From: Verrucomicrobiota bacterium | Lineage (GTDB): Bacteria; Verrucomicrobiota; Kiritimatiellia; CAIQIC01; JAGNIJ01 | DNA: 64,000 nt | Assembly (NCBI GenBank): GCA_036821485.1 | Contig: DAISJM010000005.1 | Coordinates: 16,815-80,814 of the forward strand | Direction: 5' to 3' | The notes under the pieces: generated by a model | Database searches by the model: none | Told to the model about the DNA's origin: nothing | Seen by the model: only the letters and a program-made list of their open reading frames with translations | In this document: in pieces, positions 54,284 to 63,392 of the stretch | How positions within the stretch are numbered: the stretch's first letter is position 1 | Layout: each line of letters starts with the position of its first letter | Position numbers and translations under genes: made by a program

Positions 54284-56737
54284 TCAGATGAAAAGCGTTG
54301 TTCCCGACTGATCGGCCTCGGAAAGAAACGAAGCCACACCGCCCAGATCGATGCCGTCGATGAGCTCTTCCCGGTGGAGGCCCATCACATCCATGGACAT
54401 CGTGCAGGCGACGAGTTTCACGCCTGCCTTGCGCGCGGATTCGATGAGCGACGGCAGGCTGTCGACCTGCTTCTGTTTCATCACGTGCTTCATCATCATC
54501 GTGCCGAGTCCGAGCATGTTCATCTTGGAAAGTTTCAGGGCGGCCGCTCCGCGCGGCATCATCATGCCGAACATGCGATCGAGCAGCGGTTTGTTCGTTG
54601 GCGAGGGGTTGCTCTTGCGCAAAGCGTTCAAGCCCCAGAAGGTGAAGAACATGGTGACTGCGCTGCCCATGGCGGCGGCGCCATTGGCGATAACGAATGC
54701 GGCAAGAACCTTATCGAGGTCGCCGGAGAACACGACCATGGACTTCTTGGTCGGGCCGGTGGAGGCAGTTGAGGCGCCGGTCGGGCATGGGCTGCCCTTG
54801 CGGATGTGCGCCTCAACGCGCGAGCCGTTTTGGCGAATGTCGATGAGCGTGTGGCCGTTGCTGAGACACCATGCCGGCGCATCGGTCAGGAAGCCGGGAT
54901 CGCTGGCGCACACGGAGAGTTCGTCGCCCACGTTCATGCCCTGGACGGCTTCCTTCAGGCGCATGATGGGGCCGGGGCATTGCAGGCCGCAGCAATCGAG
55001 TTCCACGGTGCGGCCGGTTGGCGCGGCGGTCTCGGCCATCTTCTCCTCGGCGTAAGCGAGGAACGGCGGGCTCTGGGTCTGGCTGCAGACGGCGCCGCCG
55101 TGATACGAGCAGAACGTGGAGGAGCCGCCCGCGAGGGTGAGGACTTGTCCAAACCCACGCTGGAGAAGCAGTCGGTAGGCGAGGTAGCTGCGGAACCCGA
55201 CTTTGCAGTAGACGAAGAGGGGACGATCCTTGGGCAGTTCCGCGACGCGCTGGCGCAGCTCACCCAGCGGAATGTTGATGGCGCCTGGAATGTGCCAGAT
55301 GTCGAATTCCACTTTGCCGCGGACGTCGATCAGCACGCCCCCCTCCGTCTTGGCGGGGTAATCCTCGGCGTACCAGAAGCGGATATCGCCGCGCAGAAGA
55401 TTAGCGGCGATGAAGCCGGACATGTTGACCGGATCCTTGGCCGAGCCGTAGGGCGGTGCATAGGCGAGTTCAAGATTTTCCAGATCGTATACGGTCAGCT
55501 TCGCGCGAAGAGCCGTGGCGAATACATCCAGGCGCTTGTCCACGCCGTCGAAGCCGACGACCTGGGCTCCGAGCAGACGGCCTGTGTCGGGGGCGAAGAG
55601 GACCTTGATGTGCAGTGGTGCCGTGCCGGGGTAGTAGCCGGCATGGCCGGACGGATGCAGGTAGACCTTGTGATAAGGTATCTTCAGCTTCAGCAGTTGC
55701 TTTTCTGACGCGCCGGTGCCGCCCGCCGTCATCGTGAAGACTTTCACGATGGCCGTGCCCTGCGTGGACGAGTAGGTGGTCTTACGTCCGCAGATGTTTT
55801 CCGCCGCGATGCGTCCTTGACGGTTGGCCGGACCGGCCAACGGGATGACCCATGAGTCCGGCAGGACTTCGTGCGAGACTTCGACCACGTCACCTGCGGC
55901 GTAGATGTGCGGGTCCGAGGTCCGCATATGTTCGTCCACGCGGACGCCGCCACGTGGTCCAAGTTCCAGGCCTGCTGCGCGGGCGAGGGTGGTTTCCGGG
56001 CGGACGCCTGCAGCAAGGATCACAAAGTCGGCCGTGACCACCTCAAGGTTCTTCAACTCCACGGCGACTTTCCCGCCCGTTGCATCGCGAAACGCAGCGG
56101 CGGCGGTCCCGAGATGAAACCGTATGCCGTGCTGTTCCATGTGGGTCTGAAGGTCGCGGACCATCTCGCGGTCCAGCGGGGGCATGATCTGGTCGAGCAT
56201 CTCGACGAGGTCGACGGTCAGGCCCCGCTCCCTCAGGCTCTCTGCCATCTCAACCCCGATGTAGCCACCGCCGATCACGACCGCACTCTTGGCGCTGCCA
56301 TCGACCATGGCTTTGATTTGGTCCATGTCTTCGATATTGCGCAGGACACATACGCGGGGATGGTTGATGCCGGGCAGGTCGGGCTTCAACGGGATGGCAC
56401 CCGGACAGAACACAAGCTTGTCGTATGTCTCATCATACTCGCGGCCGGAAGCGAGTTCGCGAATGCGCACGCGTTGGGCCTTGCGGTCGATGGAGAGCAC
56501 CTCGTGACCGGTACGGACATCGAGATTCAGCGAGGCCTTGAGGCTTTCCGGTGTCTGGAGGAGAAGCTGCTCGCGGTTCTTGATGTCGCCGCCGATATGG
56601 TAGGGCAGGCCACAGTTGGCAAAGGAGACGTAGTTGCTCTTCTCGAGCATGATGATCTCCGCGCGTTCGTCCAACCGCCGCGCCCTTGCCGCTGCCGATG
56701 CGCCGCCTGCCACTCCGCCAATGACCACGATCTTCAT
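54284..56737 (-). CDS. Four-domain sulfur-trafficking oxidoreductase: CoA-disulfide/persulfide reductase (FAD/NAD(P)H) + rhodanese + TusA + DsrE/DsrF-like
   Basis: 817 aa. FAD motif KIVVIGGVAGGASAA, CoADR Cys in SFANCGLPY, NAD site VVIGGGYIGVEMA. Rhodanese (...LFVYCKVGFRS...). TusA CPxP motif CCGLQCPGPIMRLKEA. C-terminal DsrE-like (VVFSGDLDKVLAAFVIANGAA...KLVACTMSMDVMG). Confidence 0.8.
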   Translation of the reverse strand: MKIVVIGGVAGGASAAARARRLDERAEIIMLEKSNYVSFANCGLPYHIGGDIKNREQLLLQTPESLKASLNLDVRTGHEVLSIDRKAQRVRIRELASGREYDETYDKLVFCPGAIPLKPDLPGINHPRVCVLRNIEDMDQIKAMVDGSAKSAVVIGGGYIGVEMAESLRERGLTVDLVEMLDQIMPPLDREMVRDLQTHMEQHGIRFHLGTAAAAFRDATGGKVAVELKNLEVVTADFVILAAGVRPETTLARAAGLELGPRGGVRVDEHMRTSDPHIYAAGDVVEVSHEVLPDSWVIPLAGPANRQGRIAAENICGRKTTYSSTQGTAIVKVFTMTAGGTGASEKQLLKLKIPYHKVYLHPSGHAGYYPGTAPLHIKVLFAPDTGRLLGAQVVGFDGVDKRLDVFATALRAKLTVYDLENLELAYAPPYGSAKDPVNMSGFIAANLLRGDIRFWYAEDYPAKTEGGVLIDVRGKVEFDIWHIPGAINIPLGELRQRVAELPKDRPLFVYCKVGFRSYLAYRLLLQRGFGQVLTLAGGSSTFCSYHGGAVCSQTQSPPFLAYAEEKMAETAAPTGRTVELDCCGLQCPGPIMRLKEAVQGMNVGDELSVCASDPGFLTDAPAWCLSNGHTLIDIRQNGSRVEAHIRKGSPCPTGASTASTGPTKKSMVVFSGDLDKVLAAFVIANGAAAMGSAVTMFFTFWGLNALRKSNPSPTNKPLLDRMFGMMMPRGAAALKLSKMNMLGLGTMMMKHVMKQKQVDSLPSLIESARKAGVKLVACTMSMDVMGLHREELIDGIDLGGVASFLSEADQSGTTLFI

Positions 56738-56868
56738 GTAACCATCCTTGGTAAAATGATGCCCCGCCGATGTGGCAAGACCCCGCCAGAATACTCCCCT
56801 GAAGATGCCTCAACAAACGCGTTTTTCAATGGGCGGTGGCCGAATGTCGGACGGCGAGAATCCAAACC

Positions 56869-59800
56869 TTAGGGGAAAGTGACGCGTGAACGGTAGTAGG
56901 ACGATGCGGGCTGGTTGCTGACGGAGATGGTGATGACGGAGTTGTCGCCCGCCAGGTTGGTGCGGAAGAGGGTCCAGTCGCCCAGGCTGATGTTGGTCCG
57001 CCAATAGATGTTGTAGAGACGGTTGGAGACCGAGCCGAACTGGAGCACGGCCGCGGTATTGGAGCGGCCGGCCTCGATGGCAAAGAAGGACAGACCGTTG
57101 GTCGGTATGGTGCCGGCGACGTATTCGGCGTAGTTGTTGAAGCCGTCGTTGTCCGGATCGGCGTCGGATGTGGCATTCGTGGCTCCGCTGAAGTAGGCCG
57201 ATTCCCACGTGTCCGGCAACCCGTCGCCGTCCAAATCGCCACTGCAGGCGGTGATGAACTGCCCGGCGTTGAGGGCGCCCATGGACATATCGTTGGTGGG
57301 TCCGGCCCAGACAAACTGGGCATACGATGAGCCCGTGCCACGCAGTTGAAGCGACTTGTTTGTTTCGTTGCCGGTTTCCATTACGCCGAGGTCGACGGCG
57401 GTCATGCCTGCGGCGGGGCCATTGGTCGCGGTCATCACGCCCTCATAACTGAGGAACTGGACGACCTGTCCGCTGTGCACGAGCGCGACGGCATCGGACG
57501 GCCCGTTCTGGAGACCAGCCATCGCAAACCAGAGGGCGCCGTAGCCGCATCCCTCGTCGTCGATGGTGCCGGAGATGGCATTGCTGGCGTAGTAGGCCCC
57601 GTTACCGCCGTTGTAGGCGAGGAGGTAGTAGGCGCCCAAGTCGGTTCCTGCGGGGCCGGCGACTTCGACACCTTCGTTGGAGTCGGTGCTGGCATTGTCG
57701 TAGTGGATCTCGTTAATCCAGACCGATGATGTGACGGCGGAATTCACGGTGATCACGATCTCTTCCCAATCGACGCCGTCATCGCCGACGGCCCAGAAGA
57801 GGCTGGTATAGGCGCCGAGGGGCGAGGCGTTGGCCCACGTGAACGTTCCGGCGCCGTTGGTGGTGCCGAACGTGGAGCCGGCCGGGGCGTTGCTGACGGA
57901 AAGGGTGATGGGTTCGCCGTCGATATCCGTGGCGGTGACCGAGAACTGCAGCGTGTTGTTCAGGATGACGGAGCGGTTGCCGATGGCTTGTAGGACCGGC
58001 GGATTCGTGGCTGTGTCGAGGACGCGGAGGACGACGGCCTCGCTGTCCGCGCCGTCCTTATCCGCCGCGTAGAACAGGGAGGTGTAAATGCCGACGGGGG
58101 CGGCGTTGGACCAGGTGAACGTGCCATTGGTGCCGGTGGCGGAGAACTGTGCACCCGCGGGCAGATTGCTGGCGGTCAGGGTCACCGTATCGCCGTCGTG
58201 TTCGGTGGCGGTCACCGTGAAGGTCAGGAGATTGCTCAGGGCCACGTCGCGGTTGCCAATGAGGAATAGGAACGGCGGCTGGTCGGTGGTTCCGCCGCAG
58301 GGATAAATCCACTGCGATGCGTTCAGCGTGTCGCGCGATGCAACATTCGTGGCGGCGCTCCAGACAAACTGCACGTAGCTGGTGCCGACGCCGGACAGTT
58401 GCAGCGAGTTGCCGACGGGCGTCGTGGTGGTTTCCGCGACGTTCAGTTTCTCCGCCGTTACGCCTGCAGCAGGGCCGTTGGATGCGATGACGGTCGCGCC
58501 ATAGCTGACAAACTGAACGAGATTGCTGCCCAGTTCAACCAGGGCGACGCCGTCCGGCCCGTTTTGGAGGCCGGTCATGGGTACCCACACTGCGCCATAG
58601 CCGCATCCCTCGTCGTCGATCGTGCCGGCGAGTGCATTACTCATGTATTGCAGACCGTCGGCGCCGTTGTAGGCGATCAACGAGAAGAGGCTGAGGTCCG
58701 TGCCGGCGGTACCCGCGACTTCGACGCCTTCGTTGGTGTCGGTGCTGGTGTTGTCGTAGTGGAGTTCGTTGATCCAGATGGAGCCGTTGAGCAACACGCG
58801 GAGGATGGCGGGCTGGGACACCGCGCCATCATTGTCCACCGCGTAGAAGCGTGCGGTATAGACGCCGACAGGCGTAGCGTTGGTCCATGTGAACGTGCCG
58901 CTGGCCCCGGACGAGTTGAACGAGGCACCGGCTGGAGCATTGCTCATGCTGAGCGTGATGGCATCGCCATCGGCATCGGTGGCGGTCACGGGGAACGTCA
59001 GCGTGCCGCCGGCTTTCACGTACGCGGTGCCAAAGGGCGCCATCACAGGCAGGTTGGTTGGCGCCATGACGTAGAAGCGGACTATTTCGGAATCCACACC
59101 GTGTATGTCGGAGGCGTAGAAGCGGGACGTGTAGACCCCGACAGGCGTCGGATTGGCCCAGGTGAACGTGCCGTTGCCGTTGGTGGAGGTGAAGGTTGAT
59201 CCGGCGGGTGCATTGCTGATCGTGAGGGTGATCGGATCGCCCTCTGCATCGGTCGCCGTGACGTCGAAAGTCAGCAGATGAGATTCGATCACGGACTTGT
59301 TGCCGATCGTCTGGAGCACAGGCGGTTCGGTCCCCGTCAGGACGCTGATGCGGATGATTTCCCAATCCGTGCCGTCCTTGTCTGCCGCGTAGACGGTACA
59401 GGTGTAGACGCCGACGGGGGTGGGGGTGGTCCAAGTGAATGTGCCGGTGCCGTTGGTAGTGCCGAATGTGGAGCCTGCGGGTGCGTTGCTGATACTGAGC
59501 GTGATGGCGTCGCTGTCGACGTCCCATGCCGCGACCGAGAAGCTGAGCAGATTGCTTTGCACCACGGATTTGTCGCCGATGGCCGACAACACGGGCGGCT
59601 GGTTGGAGCCCTCGCCGCACGGGAAGACGACTTGGCGGCTATTCATAGAACCGCGTGATGGGGCATTGGTCGGGCCGCCCCATGCGAACTGCGTGTAGTT
59701 GGTGCCGACGCCCGTCAGTTGCAGGGAGCGATCCACTTCGGTGCCGGCCTCGGCAACGCCGATGTCCGTGGACGAGAGTTCGATCGCAGGGCCGTCGATG

Positions 59801-62325
59801 GCCACGACGGGGCCTTCATAACTCAGGAACTGCACAACACCGGTTGGATCCTGGACGAGGGCAATCGCATCCGGTCCGTTTTGAAGTCCCTCGATAGGGA
59901 ACCAGACCGCGCCGAATCCGCAGCCTTCGTCATCGATCGTGCCCGAAAGCGAGTTGCTGATGTAGACCGTTCCGTCGCCTCCGTTGTAGGCGTAGATGGA
60001 GTAGAGGCTGAGGTCGACACCGGCGGCGCCCGCGATTTCGACGCCCTCGTTGGTGTCGGTGCTGGCGTTGTCGTAGTGGATTTCGTTGATCCATATCTGA
60101 CCGTCGACCAGCACGCGGATGAGCATGGTTTCGCTCTCGATGCCATCGGTATCAGCGGCATAGAAACTGGTGGTGAAGACGCCGACGGGGCTGGCGTTGG
60201 TCCAAACAAAAGAGCCGTATTCGTTGGTCGAGTTGAACGTGGCGCCCGCAGGCAGGTTGCTGGCGGTCAACGTCACCGTATCGCCGTCTGTCGGTGTGGC
60301 AAAGACATCGAATTGCAGCGTGTTGTGGTCGAAGACATTCCGGGTGCCGATGTGCTGGAGCGCCGGCGGGGTCTTTCCGAGGCTGAAGGCCTTCATGATG
60401 GCCATATGGTCGGCGTTCACGGCGGCGGAGTCGTTGGTCAGGATGGGCGCAGGCGGGTTGGTCCAGAGGCGGCTGTCGAAAACGATGCCGTTCACGAAGT
60501 TGCTGCCGCCCACCACGACCGTGGTGTGGTTCGAGTTCAGCGAAGGGCCTGGCAAGACATAATCGAACGGCTTGGTGCGGGTGGAATTGGAGTCCGTGTC
60601 GCCATATTGATCCGCCGGCTTGCGGCTGTCGGAAACAATGTTGGTGAGGACCAGAACGGCTGGATCGGTCCGTGTATTCACGTTGAGGTCGCCGCAGATG
60701 ACGACGTAATCGTTGGAGGGCCAGCCCGCCGCGGCGACGTAGTTGGTGATATAGGATGCTTCCTCAGCGCGGTCGGCATCGGTACCGCTGGCGTAAAGAT
60801 GGACGCAGACCACGTGCAGGTCGCGGTCGCCGGGGATGTCAATGGTCGCCCAGGCAAAATCCCGCGTCGAAACGATGGGGTCTGCCCATTCGCCCGAGGC
60901 CTTGATCGGCCACCGGCTGATAATGCCGTTGGGGATCGGGAAGTAGTTCGTGGCCTGCGGTTCGATGTAGTACGAGAAGTTGGTGCCGAAATTGACGTCC
61001 ACGAAATTGCGGAAACTCACGTTCGTGATGTTCCATTCCTGGATGCCGACGATGTCCGGCTTCAGGCCGCGCATGATCCGGGTCCCGGGGTCGTAGTACT
61101 TCGAGTCGGCGCCCGTCACCAGGTTGGCCGACATGATTGTAATCGCATCGTTGTCGCGGAGATAGCCGGTGAACTGCGAGGGCGAGCCGGCTTTCGCGGC
61201 GACGAAATTCGTGAGTGTAAGGATGACGGATTCGATCGGTTCGGTCAGGCTGTCGTTGACGACATGGATGGTGGCGATGAGTTGTGTAGGCCCGGTGGCG
61301 GTGAAAACGAGTGTCGTGGGTGACACCGTGTAGTCGCCGTTGGTGCCCCACGTGGCCGTGCCGGCCGCGGTGACCTCGACCGTGGCGCTCGCCGCGCGCG
61401 AGATGACGACGGATACGGCTTGCGTGATGACGTCTTCGCCGAAAGTCAGTTCGGACAGCAGGAAGCGAATCTGGGGCGGGTCAAGAACGCTGATGACGAC
61501 CGCCTGCCATGACGCGCCATCCTTGTCGGCGGCATAGACGAGGCTGGTATAGACGCCGATGGGCATGGCGTTGGTCCATGCAAACGTTCCGCTGCCGTTC
61601 GTGGAACTGAAGGTCGAGCCAGCCGGCGCGTTGCTGACCGACAGGGTGATGGCATCGCCGTCTGTGGGGGTGGCGGACACGCTGAACTGAAGGCTATTGC
61701 TGACGGTCACTGATTGATTGGGGATGGCCAGAAGCACGGGGGGCACATTCGAGGCCGCGCCGATCGAATCATAATACAACTCGACAAATTCGTAGGAGAA
61801 ACTGCTGCTGTCGGAGTACTCGTTGATGACCAACCCTCCCGTGCCGTCGCCCGCGCCACCGGAGCCGGGCGCGCCTGCTGAACTTGCGGTGACGTACCAG
61901 CTTGTGCTTGAGCCGGCGGGGTAGGTGGCCTTCTTCCGTTGCACGGAACGATTGACCGGATCGATCGTGGACGGTGTCATGGCGTCGATATTCGTGCCGC
62001 CCGCATCGTGCAGCGAGAAACGCTCGGCGCCGTCGATCTTCGGGAACGTGTTCGCGGCGTTGAGGTAGACGACGTTGGTGCTCAGTGTCACGCCCCAGGC
62101 GGATTCAAACGAAGCCTTTGTCGCATTGCGTCCGATGACGACATAACCGCCGGGGTTCACGATGGTGCTGGCGGGGATGGTGTAGGTTCGGACCGAGTTG
62201 GTCTGGCGGACGACATAGCCACCGATATCCAGGCCCTGCGCGCCTGCAGCAGAAAGGAGAAGACAGACCAACGTCGTCCATCCTCTCCATGAAGTTCTCA
62301 ACCCCGGTCGATACATCTTGAACAA
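56869..62325 (-). CDS. Giant secreted ExeM/NucH-like extracellular nuclease: signal peptide, multiple lamin-tail domains (LTD), multiple Ig-like (He_PIG/cadherin-like) repeats, endonuclease/exonuclease/phosphatase (EEP) domain, C-terminal Ca-binding DxDxDG region
   Basis: Signal peptide WTTLVCLLLSAAGAQG. LTD-like units (IWINEIHYDNASTDTNEGVEIAG..., SIWINELHYDNTSTDTNEGVEVAG..., SVWINEIHYDNASTDSNEGVEVAG...). Repeated Ig-like units (...ITLT.SN.PAGSTF..TNG.GTFTW....PVGVYT...YA.D.DG). EEP domain (ITIMSANL...DIVGIQEW...LHVVCVHL...VICGDLNV). C-terminal GDLDGDGLPDTWE...DADPDNDGFNNYAEY. Confidence 0.75.
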   Translation of the reverse strand: MFKMYRPGLRTSWRGWTTLVCLLLSAAGAQGLDIGGYVVRQTNSVRTYTIPASTIVNPGGYVVIGRNATKASFESAWGVTLSTNVVYLNAANTFPKIDGAERFSLHDAGGTNIDAMTPSTIDPVNRSVQRKKATYPAGSSTSWYVTASSAGAPGSGGAGDGTGGLVINEYSDSSSFSYEFVELYYDSIGAASNVPPVLLAIPNQSVTVSNSLQFSVSATPTDGDAITLSVSNAPAGSTFSSTNGSGTFAWTNAMPIGVYTSLVYAADKDGASWQAVVISVLDPPQIRFLLSELTFGEDVITQAVSVVISRAASATVEVTAAGTATWGTNGDYTVSPTTLVFTATGPTQLIATIHVVNDSLTEPIESVILTLTNFVAAKAGSPSQFTGYLRDNDAITIMSANLVTGADSKYYDPGTRIMRGLKPDIVGIQEWNITNVSFRNFVDVNFGTNFSYYIEPQATNYFPIPNGIISRWPIKASGEWADPIVSTRDFAWATIDIPGDRDLHVVCVHLYASGTDADRAEEASYITNYVAAAGWPSNDYVVICGDLNVNTRTDPAVLVLTNIVSDSRKPADQYGDTDSNSTRTKPFDYVLPGPSLNSNHTTVVVGGSNFVNGIVFDSRLWTNPPAPILTNDSAAVNADHMAIMKAFSLGKTPPALQHIGTRNVFDHNTLQFDVFATPTDGDTVTLTASNLPAGATFNSTNEYGSFVWTNASPVGVFTTSFYAADTDGIESETMLIRVLVDGQIWINEIHYDNASTDTNEGVEIAGAAGVDLSLYSIYAYNGGDGTVYISNSLSGTIDDEGCGFGAVWFPIEGLQNGPDAIALVQDPTGVVQFLSYEGPVVAIDGPAIELSSTDIGVAEAGTEVDRSLQLTGVGTNYTQFAWGGPTNAPSRGSMNSRQVVFPCGEGSNQPPVLSAIGDKSVVQSNLLSFSVAAWDVDSDAITLSISNAPAGSTFGTTNGTGTFTWTTPTPVGVYTCTVYAADKDGTDWEIIRISVLTGTEPPVLQTIGNKSVIESHLLTFDVTATDAEGDPITLTISNAPAGSTFTSTNGNGTFTWANPTPVGVYTSRFYASDIHGVDSEIVRFYVMAPTNLPVMAPFGTAYVKAGGTLTFPVTATDADGDAITLSMSNAPAGASFNSSGASGTFTWTNATPVGVYTARFYAVDNDGAVSQPAILRVLLNGSIWINELHYDNTSTDTNEGVEVAGTAGTDLSLFSLIAYNGADGLQYMSNALAGTIDDEGCGYGAVWVPMTGLQNGPDGVALVELGSNLVQFVSYGATVIASNGPAAGVTAEKLNVAETTTTPVGNSLQLSGVGTSYVQFVWSAATNVASRDTLNASQWIYPCGGTTDQPPFLFLIGNRDVALSNLLTFTVTATEHDGDTVTLTASNLPAGAQFSATGTNGTFTWSNAAPVGIYTSLFYAADKDGADSEAVVLRVLDTATNPPVLQAIGNRSVILNNTLQFSVTATDIDGEPITLSVSNAPAGSTFGTTNGAGTFTWANASPLGAYTSLFWAVGDDGVDWEEIVITVNSAVTSSVWINEIHYDNASTDSNEGVEVAGPAGTDLGAYYLLAYNGGNGAYYASNAISGTIDDEGCGYGALWFAMAGLQNGPSDAVALVHSGQVVQFLSYEGVMTATNGPAAGMTAVDLGVMETGNETNKSLQLRGTGSSYAQFVWAGPTNDMSMGALNAGQFITACSGDLDGDGLPDTWESAYFSGATNATSDADPDNDGFNNYAEYVAGTIPTNGLSFFAIEAGRSNTAAVLQFGSVSNRLYNIYWRTNISLGDWTLFRTNLAGDNSVITISVSNQPASSYYRSRVTFP
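57300..61700. repeat. Diverged intragenic tandem repeats (Ig-like/LTD-encoding units) inside the giant nuclease gene
   Basis: Recurrent DNA blocks such as ccaggtgaacgtgcc(a/g)ttg..gccggtggc..gaa appear at ~57836, 58119, 58890, 59161, 59431 and 61571. They correspond to the protein repeats GTFTWTN(A)xPxGVYT. Confidence 0.7.
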
Positions 62326-62394
62326 CCGATACTTCTTGAGGAATAACGCCTAACCTACACCCGGGGTTCCTGCGTGTTAAACTGCCGGTCTTCG

Positions 62395-62625
62395 TCAGTT
62401 ATTCCACGGACAGGTCCCGGAGGGACACGCCGCTGTCCCGCAGGATCCCGATGCGCACGGCGATGTCCCCGCAACGGGAGCGGTCCCCGCTGCAAACGAT
62501 GAGAACTGTTTCACCGGCGCCCCTGCGCCGCACTTCGGACATTTCTTTGCGCCGTCCGAGGCTTTCAGGACGAGCTTCTCGAAGGCGTGCCCACATTTCT
62601 TGCACTGGTATTCGTAAATCGGCAT
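62395..62625 (-). CDS. FmdB-family zinc-ribbon protein (CxxC_CxxC_SSSS putative regulatory protein)
   Basis: Diagnostic N-terminus [16 protein letters not shown]...KCPKCG followed by a Gly/Ser/Cys-rich tail. Confidence 0.8.
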   Translation of the reverse strand: MPIYEYQCKKCGHAFEKLVLKASDGAKKCPKCGAGAPVKQFSSFAAGTAPVAGTSPCASGSCGTAACPSGTCPWNN

Positions 62626-62637
62626 GGCACAAAATCC

Positions 62638-62874
62638 CTAGTTCGATTTTCCGCCGCAGCACCCTTCGGTGGATTTCAGTCCGAGCTTCTTCAGCAGCAT
62701 CGCTGCGGGGCAGAACCCCGTAAACGCCGATTGGATCAGGTTGAAACCCACAAAGGCTGTGAACAGGAGCCAGTAGGGGTTCACCCACACACCCAGCGCC
62801 AAACTTGCCAGCACGAAGACCCCGGCCACTACGCGCACACCATTATCTACGGTCATGATCCACCTCCATTGCAT
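62638..62874 (-). CDS. DUF2892 (YgaP C-terminal-like) small inner-membrane protein
   Basis: Two TM helices with the conserved ...FTGFCPAAMLLKKLGL motif of DUF2892, the membrane module found in rhodanese-YgaP proteins. Start may be the internal Met (MTVDNG). Confidence 0.6.
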   Translation of the reverse strand: MQWRWIMTVDNGVRVVAGVFVLASLALGVWVNPYWLLFTAFVGFNLIQSAFTGFCPAAMLLKKLGLKSTEGCCGGKSN

Positions 62875-62878
62875 CAGC

Positions 62879-63049
62879 TTACTTGCCCGAGGCGATGAGG
62901 AAGCCCATCAGGCCCCAGATCACCATGGCGATATAGGGATTGCCGGTCAACGGGCACGCGCCCGTCCGGCAGCCGACAAAGCGGTACATCAGCAGGCCGA
63001 CCCCCGCGCCTGCCACACCGCCGATAATTGATCTCAACAGCATGCTCAT
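62879..63049 (-). CDS. Small (56-aa) two-TM membrane protein with CxxxxC motif (not in supplied ORF track; below 60-aa cutoff)
   Basis: Reverse-strand translation MSMLLRSIIGGVAGAGVGLLMYRFVGCRTGACPLTGNPYIAMVIWGLMGFLIASGK. It sits tightly between the DUF2892 and PII-like genes in the same orientation. The VGCxxGxCP motif resembles small proteins seen next to DUF2892 genes. Confidence 0.4.
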   Translation of the reverse strand: MSMLLRSIIGGVAGAGVGLLMYRFVGCRTGACPLTGNPYIAMVIWGLMGFLIASGK

Positions 63050-63087
63050 TTTACACCTCTCTCAACATACTCCGGCCGTCAGGTTCT

Positions 63088-63378
63088 TCAAATGGACGAC
63101 TCGACCGGCATGACGAAGGCCTTCAAGCCTTCGCTGGGATATAGCTTCGACTGGAACTCCTTCAGGGCGGCCATCAGTTCCGCTGTCTTGTTCTTCTCCA
63201 CCACGGTAAAGATCAGCGTGGACGCACCCGGCCATGTATGGGTTCCCATGTGGCGGCCCGTGGCGCCCGCGCCAAGGACCTGCGGCAGTTCCGTGTACGC
63301 GTGCACCTTGTGCCGGTCGATCAACGTGCGCACTTCCTCCTGCCGCGCTTCCGGACAGATAATCATGACCATGTTCAT
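63088..63378 (-). CDS. PII-like (DUF3240-like) small protein commonly found next to RND heavy-metal efflux pumps
   Basis: ~96 aa from MNMVMIICPEARQEEVRTLIDRHKVHAYTELPQVLG..., a ferredoxin-like beta-alpha-beta pattern. Immediately downstream of an RND pump gene. The ORF extends to 63504. Confidence 0.5.
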   Translation of the reverse strand: MNMVMIICPEARQEEVRTLIDRHKVHAYTELPQVLGAGATGRHMGTHTWPGASTLIFTVVEKNKTAELMAALKEFQSKLYPSEGLKAFVMPVESSI

Positions 63379-63392
63379 GGATGTCTCCTTTC

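Noticed and set aside
52840-56872. + strand ORFs 52840..54291, 54806..55708 and 55871..56872 across the DUF1638/corrinoid/CoADR cluster
   Set aside because: Antisense. The minus-strand frames carry clear B12-binding, FAD/NAD, rhodanese, TusA and DsrE motifs.
59719-61323. 534-aa + strand ORF inside the giant nuclease gene
   Set aside because: Antisense shadow (Gly/Asp/Val/Arg-rich). The minus-strand frame has LTD/Ig/EEP repeats and a signal peptide.
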